Made by a program: the position numbers and the translations under genes. The notes under the pieces are model-generated. The model was not told the DNA's origin and made no database searches. It saw only the letters and a list, made by a program, of their open reading frames with translations. Source: Felis catus (Eukaryota). Taken from it: a stretch of 64,000 nucleotides of DNA. The stretch is taken from contig NC_058383.1 of NCBI RefSeq assembly GCF_018350175.1, positions 4,216,001 through 4,280,000 of the forward strand, given 5' to 3'. Below are positions 58,342 through 64,000 of this stretch, piece by piece (within the stretch, counting starts at the first letter, position 1; each line of letters starts with the position of its first letter).

Positions 58342-58470
58342 ATCCCAAGCAGGCTCTACGCCATCAGCACGGAGCCCAACACGGGACTCGATCCCACGAA
58401 CTGTGAGATCGTGACCTGAGCGGAAATCAAGAGTCAGACGCTTCAACGACTGAGCCCCCCGGCCGCCCCC
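58242..58470 (-). mobile_element. CAN-SINE with (GA)n
   Basis: T tail, (GA)n 58304-58339, cccaagcaggctc...gagatcgtgacctgagc. Confidence 0.9.
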
Positions 58471-58909
58471 AAAGCTTGTCATTCTCGCCATCCCTCCCTC
58501 CTCCAGCCTCGACTCCTGACGCTTCCAGTGCAAACCCCGTTCGCTCACGGCCGTCGGGCTCTTCCATCTCCGCCACAAGAACAGCTTCACTTGAGGTCGT
58601 TTGGATGGGTTTTTTCGCGGCTCAGCCTGCGGACAGAGGCCAGGCCGCTTCACACCCCGTCAAGCCCGGGCGCGCCCTGGCCTTTCCGGGCCGTGCAGAC
58701 CTCTTCACGTCTCACTGCCTCCAGCGGCACAGTGCTCCCCACAAACCAGGGGTATCTGCTGAGGAGGCCCCCGGGAAGCAGGCGTCCTCCCAGGCTCGGC
58801 GGGTCCCTCCTCCTCCACGGCAACCCGCGAGACCGGGTGAGGTCGGCCGGGGAAGCCAACGGCCCGGGGGGACAACGGCCCCGCATGCAGGCACCCTCCC
58901 CTGACCACG

Positions 58910-59340
58910 AGGCACTTGCTAAAAACGCCACACTGGGCTCCCGTTCCACACGCTCTGCGAGTGACACCTCCCTCAGCGTGACTCCCACCGGGGGCTGCGA
59001 CGGCGCGTCCCCTTCCCTTGGATCTGGCGGACCCGTGACCGTCGCAGTGAACGGAGTGTGTGGAGGTGACGCTACGGGATGTCCAAGGCTAAGGCACAGC
59101 GTCTGGGTTTCCTGGGGACCCGGCCGCTGTGCTGTGAGGAAACCCAAGCAGCCCACGTGGAGAGACCACATGGAGAGGCCACACGCAGGCAATCCTGCCA
59201 CAGGCCCAGCTGAGGTCCCGGTCGACAGCCTGCATCAACCACCGTCACCTAAGAGGACTCTGGCAGATTCCAGCCGCCGGAAGAGGCTCCGGGCACCAGG
59301 GAACTGGGGCAAGGCACCACGCCACGCCCTGTCCAAACAC
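58910..59340 (+). mobile_element. Degenerate MLT1F/G-like LTR
   Basis: gaggtgacgctacgggatgtccaaggctaag...gctgtgaggaaacccaagcagcccacgtggagagaccacatggagagg. Confidence 0.55.
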
Positions 59341-59689
59341 CTGCCCCACGGAAGCCACGAGCATCCCCCAACTGCTCATCTACACCCAGGGCGTGGTTTC
59401 CCGCCCTGGCTCCTCCCTCCACCACTCACCTGTCACCCTAACCACCGGGTCACACGCGTGTCTGAAGCACAGGGCGCTGGATTTCTCGCTCCTACGCCCA
59501 CCCGCCCTGGCCTCTCCGCCTCGGCTGGCACCTTCCACCCTGTCCACGCTGCAGCCACAGCCCCTTCCCACAGCCCTGGTCTGCTGCCGGATATTTCGGC
59601 CTGAAACATGCTGCAAATAAGCCCGTCCCAGAAGCACGAATCCAGTCACTCCTCTGCGGTCCCCAGCGTCCTCAGACTCCCAGAGACGG

Positions 59690-59855
59690 GGACTGGGGGA
59701 CACAGTCTCAGTGTGGGAAGATGGAAAGTTCTGGAGCGGGATGGTGGTGACAGCTGCACAGAAGTGTGCATGTGCTCAGTGCCCCTGAACTGGACACTTA
59801 GAAATGGTTAAGGTAGTGATTTTGTTATATATATTTTACCACAATTAAAAATACA
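59690..59855 (+). mobile_element. L1MB-type 3' terminal fragment
   Basis: gatggaaagttctggagcgggatggtggtgacagctgcac...gaactggacacttagaaatggttaagg...atattttaccacaattaaaaa. Confidence 0.82.
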
Positions 59856-59861
59856 TATACA

Positions 59862-60063
59862 GGGGTACTTGGGTGGCTCAGTCGGTTAAGCCTCTGACTT
59901 CCGCTCTGGTCATGATCTTACCGTTTGTAAGTCTGAGCCCCGCATCAGGCTCTGTGCTGACGGCTCGGAGCCGGGAGCCTGCTTCGGATTCTGTGTCTCC
60001 CTACTCTCTCTGCCCCTCCCTCGATCATGCTCTCTCTCTCTCAAAAATAAACACTAAAAAAGC
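59862..60063 (+). mobile_element. CAN-SINE
   Basis: gggtggctcagtcggttaagc head; ctcaaaaataaac tail. Confidence 0.92.
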
Positions 60064-60494
60064 TTTTTAAAAAAGATAAGGAAACGCATTTTTAAAACTT
60101 AAAACATACACACACACACACATATATATAATATAAACAAAATGGACACGGTCCCCACGGCCCCTGGGTAACACCTATGGCAGACAGTCACCAGGCACTG
60201 CCAGAGCTCAAGCTGCCACTGGGGAGCAGAGAGCGGCTTCAGGCCACGCCGTGTCCCTGCGTCCTGCCTGCCCGGCCACCTCCCTCCCCGGCACACGTGA
60301 ACTGACCCAGCAGCTTCCTCCGGGGAGCCCCGGACAGCCTCCGGATCCTCCGCCGGGTCTCACGTGTCCGTCCCGGTCACCCCAACGTCAGAACAGCCGT
60401 GGGTGATTGGTGCCCCCCGCCCCCCCGGGGGTGGGGAAGGTCGCAGGGGAAAGGTCAGGGAGGGTCCCTCCCGGAAGGACTGCGTGGCCACCTG

Positions 60495-63400
60495 TCTTTC
60501 GAAATCAAGTCCACTTTATTTGAAACTTTTCACATGCCACAAGTTTACATGAAAATACCCATTCAAAATGTCATTTGGACACAAAATTCAGGAGTGGGCA
60601 TCACCAGACAGATAAGGAGGTCTGTGTGGAAAGGCAGGTGACACATATTTGGTCACTTAGCACCTGGTCACCACATACCGTGAGACCCCCTGCCAGCTCC
60701 CCCCACACCCCCTCGGAAACGTGCCGAGCTCAACGGCTCCGGGTCGGCCGCGCGGGGACAGGCAGTGGTCGGCCGGCAGAGGGGCGGCTGGTGGCAGCGC
60801 TGGAGACCCCACCTGCGCCACGGTGTCACGTGGCCTCCCCCCACCCGCCCCAGTGAGCAGAGCAGACACGCCTCCAGTTCACACTGTCAGGACTCCACGG
60901 GAAACTATTCCCTCGTCGGGTCTGGCAGCTTCTGGCGCAGACTGAGCCTCCCAGGTGGTGAGTTTGGCTCCCTGACCTCACAGCGACAGGCAGCCCCGGG
61001 GCCCCCACGTTCCCCATCTGGCTGGCCCGGAGAGGACCCTGTGACGTCAACGCCACGCCCCACACTCCCGTGGTTTCTGGAAGAGTTCCAGAAAGCAGAC
61101 ATTCAGGTGACACCACCCGGCCTGTATCCGAGACCTTAGACATTTACGTGCCCCGTGAGAATTCTGCGCCCCCGACGCGGAGAAGACAGGCGAGCACCGC
61201 ACGGGCACCGAGCCCCTGCCACGTGATCCCGTCCCCTCCTGCCCAAGCAGGGGAGGAGGTTCAGGGCCAAGGCCACGAGAACTTCGGGCGCCCGTCCTCC
61301 TTCCACATCTCCATTGCCTCAGGTTTTCTGGCCGAAACCGCCGAAATCTCCCACCGTTGGCCTCACCGATTTCTCACGTCATAGTATTTCTTCTTACAAA
61401 GTCTCAGCAATACTCAAACCTCCAAGGAGCAAATAACAAGGGCAAGAGGAAGCAGGAGGCTGCCCGCTGCCCCAGGGCCACTCAGAGGTCGTGAGGGTGG
61501 GTCCACAGGGCAGGGTCCCCGTCCTGCAAGGTGGGGACAGGTCGCGGGGTCACTGCCTTCTTGGCGCAGGATCCGAGAGGGCCGCTGGCATGATCAGGAT
61601 GGCACGTGCTGGTTTCAGACCCTCGTGGGCCCATAGACATCCGGGTCCTCCGGCTCCTGCGGCCCCGCTCCCCTGGGCCCGCTCTCCTGGCCAGAACCCG
61701 CCACGTTCGTCCTCCCGTCCGATGGCCCACAGCCGGGGGCCCCCGTGCAGAGGTGGTTGAGGGGGCAGTGCCCCCAACACCCAGCCTTGCAGAGCCACCC
61801 GAGGTGCATGGGGCATCATCCAGGTCCCATCCTGGGCCACAGTCGCCGGCCCGAGCAGAGCACACCCTCCAGCCTGGTGGACACGTGGGCCCAGACCCGT
61901 GAATCGTTGGGTCCTCAGAAGGGTAGCTGCCAGGCAGGGATAAGGTCTGCCCCCCAGTCATTTGACAGAGTGAAGAGTCCCCAGTCCAGCCTCCTTGGGC
62001 TCGGAAACGAAAATACTCGCACGTGACAATGAAAAGCCAATGGCAGGGAAGGGAGCCTGCGGGCCTCCGCTCTCCTGGCGCTCCGGATGCCTCCCCCCGC
62101 CCCCCCACCCCCGGAGCACCTTCAGACGCTCCGGCCAGGGGCTTTGGTGGCGTGGCAGCAAAGTCAGGGCCCGGGGAGCAGCACGGCCGGGCCGGGAGAG
62201 GAGTGAGCCGCCGGGTCCAGGGGCGAGCTGGGCCCAGGAGGGAGGAGCGGCCGTGGGAGGGCAGGGGGGCTTCTGTTTCGACAGGGATAAATGCCCCGAT
62301 CTCTCCTCCCTCATTCCCTGTCATCCCCACCTTGTCCCCGGGCCGCTTTCTCTCTCTCTCACACCCACACACACTCACGCGCACACGTGCACACATGCAC
62401 ACTCGATCACATGCAGAGGCGAGCACACGGCAGGCGACACTCACGCGTGTGCGCACAGATGGACACGTGTGCACATGCACACGCAGCCACCGGTGCTGAC
62501 CAGGCCCCTCTCAGCAGGCAGCATATGGTCCGCACTTAACAGCCCAGTTCTGCCAAGTGGGGACCATTAGGGTGGGTTCTTTTCCCAGCATAAAATGCTG
62601 CAGAATATAAATTGCAATTAACGCTGCTGCCAAAATGGCACTTAGCGCGAACAAGCACATTATTAACATCTGGTGGATCCCGTCTCGGGTGTCGAGGCAG
62701 CGGAAATTCTCGCCCTAAGTAGAAGAACGGTTACGGGGGACGCTAACAATACAAGGTCTACTGTCTGGGGGCCGTTTTCCACCGCAGCTCTTGCCCCAGC
62801 CTCCGGTGAACGGCCCCTCCCAGCCTGGCGGTGGGCGTAAGCGATGCCGCCGGTTGAAACTGCTTGCTCAGGACAACGGCCGTCCAGGCCGGCGCGTGAA
62901 CACACGATCGCAGCCTCTGGACAAAGCGCGTTCTCCAGCCTGAGCCCAGGTTGCTCTGAAGGAGACCACCCAGGGCCCTGGGCCACCTCCCTCCCGGGTC
63001 ACACCTCCCTAGCGGTCAGGCCTCGACCAGACACACTCCTGCACTGAGCACGAGAAGTCACTGCCTGCACTGACCGCGCTCGCCTGGGGGTCTCTAGGCA
63101 CCGCCTGAAAGAAATGTCCCCAAACCGGGGAGGGGAGGTGCTCCCACCAACTCTCAGACCCTCATCTACGGCCACGTGGCCCCCTAGGGACCTCAGCCCT
63201 GTCTCTCCGGGGCCCAGGGCGGTCTGTCCCTCAGCCTGCAAGGCCAGGCATGGCTCTCAGACTGCATCGGGACCTCCAAGGTGAAGGCTGCAGGGCATTC
63301 ACCTGCAGACAGCCTGCAGACCAGTCCCTCTGGCCAGGCTGCAGAGAACTGCCAGCTGCAGCCTGGGGCAAGGAAAGGGCGTGCAACCCTCCCCCCCCCC

Positions 63401-64000
63401 CAGCCAGTTTCTCCCAGGGCCCTGACCCCAGGCCTGCTTGATTCCTGCAGCTGCTGTCTGCCCCCTCCAGCCCCTCAGCCCGGCGGGGTCGGAGGCTGCT
63501 GAACCGTTTGCCCCTCACGAATCCAGGGAAGGAAAGGCGAATGAAAAGCCCAGGGACCTGGTCTTCTAGTAGATCAACTGTAGGACACACTACACAGAAC
63601 GGGGGAGTGGGGGAGACCGTCACCACAGAAACCAAGCGGGAAGACGGCCGGGCTGGGGGCCGGAAAGCAGATGACAGCCAGGATGGGCCCCGGCAGCATG
63701 AGCAGGGCCCGGTGGGTTCTGTGCCCCTGGCCCAGAGCACAAGGCCGCCTCCACAGACTGGCCTGCCCCTGGCTGGAAGGTGCCCGGCATCCCCCCCAAG
63801 TCTCCAGGAGCATCGCCAAGGGCAGTGGGGCCGGACTCTCTGGGTAGAAGGAAACCAACCATAGCCCCTCAGAAGCTCCCGGATGAGGGGCCGACGGCTC
63901 CGGGGGAGTCTTGCAGTCGAGAAGGCAGAGGCAGTGGGCTCCACACAGGGAGCGAGGCCCTGGACACTGGGCAGTCGCTCCCCACTTTTGGAATAGCTGC
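60495..64000 (-). other. Probable distal 3' UTR of the neighbouring minus-strand gene (FBXL18 by synteny with human)
   Basis: Minus-strand AATAAA at 60520-60515 with upstream TGTA (60549-60546) in an AT-rich patch; no young SINEs beyond 60070. In human, FBXL18 lies upstream of TNRC18 on the same strand. No coding sequence is visible, so the identity is inferred. Confidence 0.5.
60515..60520 (-). terminator. Candidate polyadenylation signal AATAAA
   Basis: TTTATT on +; UGUA element ~26-30 nt upstream on -; downstream GU-rich element is weak. Confidence 0.5.

Noticed and set aside
1671..60063. tRNA-like A/B-box sequences
   Set aside because: All are CAN-SINE heads followed by SINE body and A tail; no intact tRNA cloverleaf seen.
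58528..63944. Long ORFs (358, 332, 237 aa) as FBXL18 coding exons
   Set aside because: No F-box or LRR-like sequence; partly MaLR-derived or GC-rich UTR-like sequence.

Overview
Mammalian genomic DNA, almost certainly from a felid, judged by the abundant CAN-SINEs of SINEC_Fc type and a carnivore-type L1 3' fragment. There are no prokaryotic features. The only protein-coding sequence I can support is the first coding exon of TNRC18 on the minus strand (ATG 14672, phase-1 donor after 14486; MDGRDFGPPRSVHGPPPPLLSGLAMDSHRVG...GKYMAGLNLHPHP). Its inferred upstream exon 1 spans ~16876-17270 and its promoter lies in a ~10 kb CpG-island domain (13-23 kb) free of young SINEs. Positions 1-14485 are TNRC18 intron. 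Positions ~24-60 kb are intergenic and rich in SINEs, MaLR LTRs and L1, with several motif-dense candidate enhancers. From ~60.5 kb to the end is probably the long 3' UTR of the next minus-strand gene (FBXL18, inferred from synteny only). Almost all ORFs in the six-frame track are GC-rich or repeat-derived artefacts. The most interesting leads are: (1) a layered uORF architecture in the TNRC18 leader, with a 174-codon spliced uORF and a strong-Kozak 20-codon uORF in frame with the main CDS, separated from it by one TAG that also looks like a 3' splice site; (2) apparent CpG gain in ancient repeats; (3) nested and near-identical inverted SINE clusters. I found no convincing wholly new genetic system.
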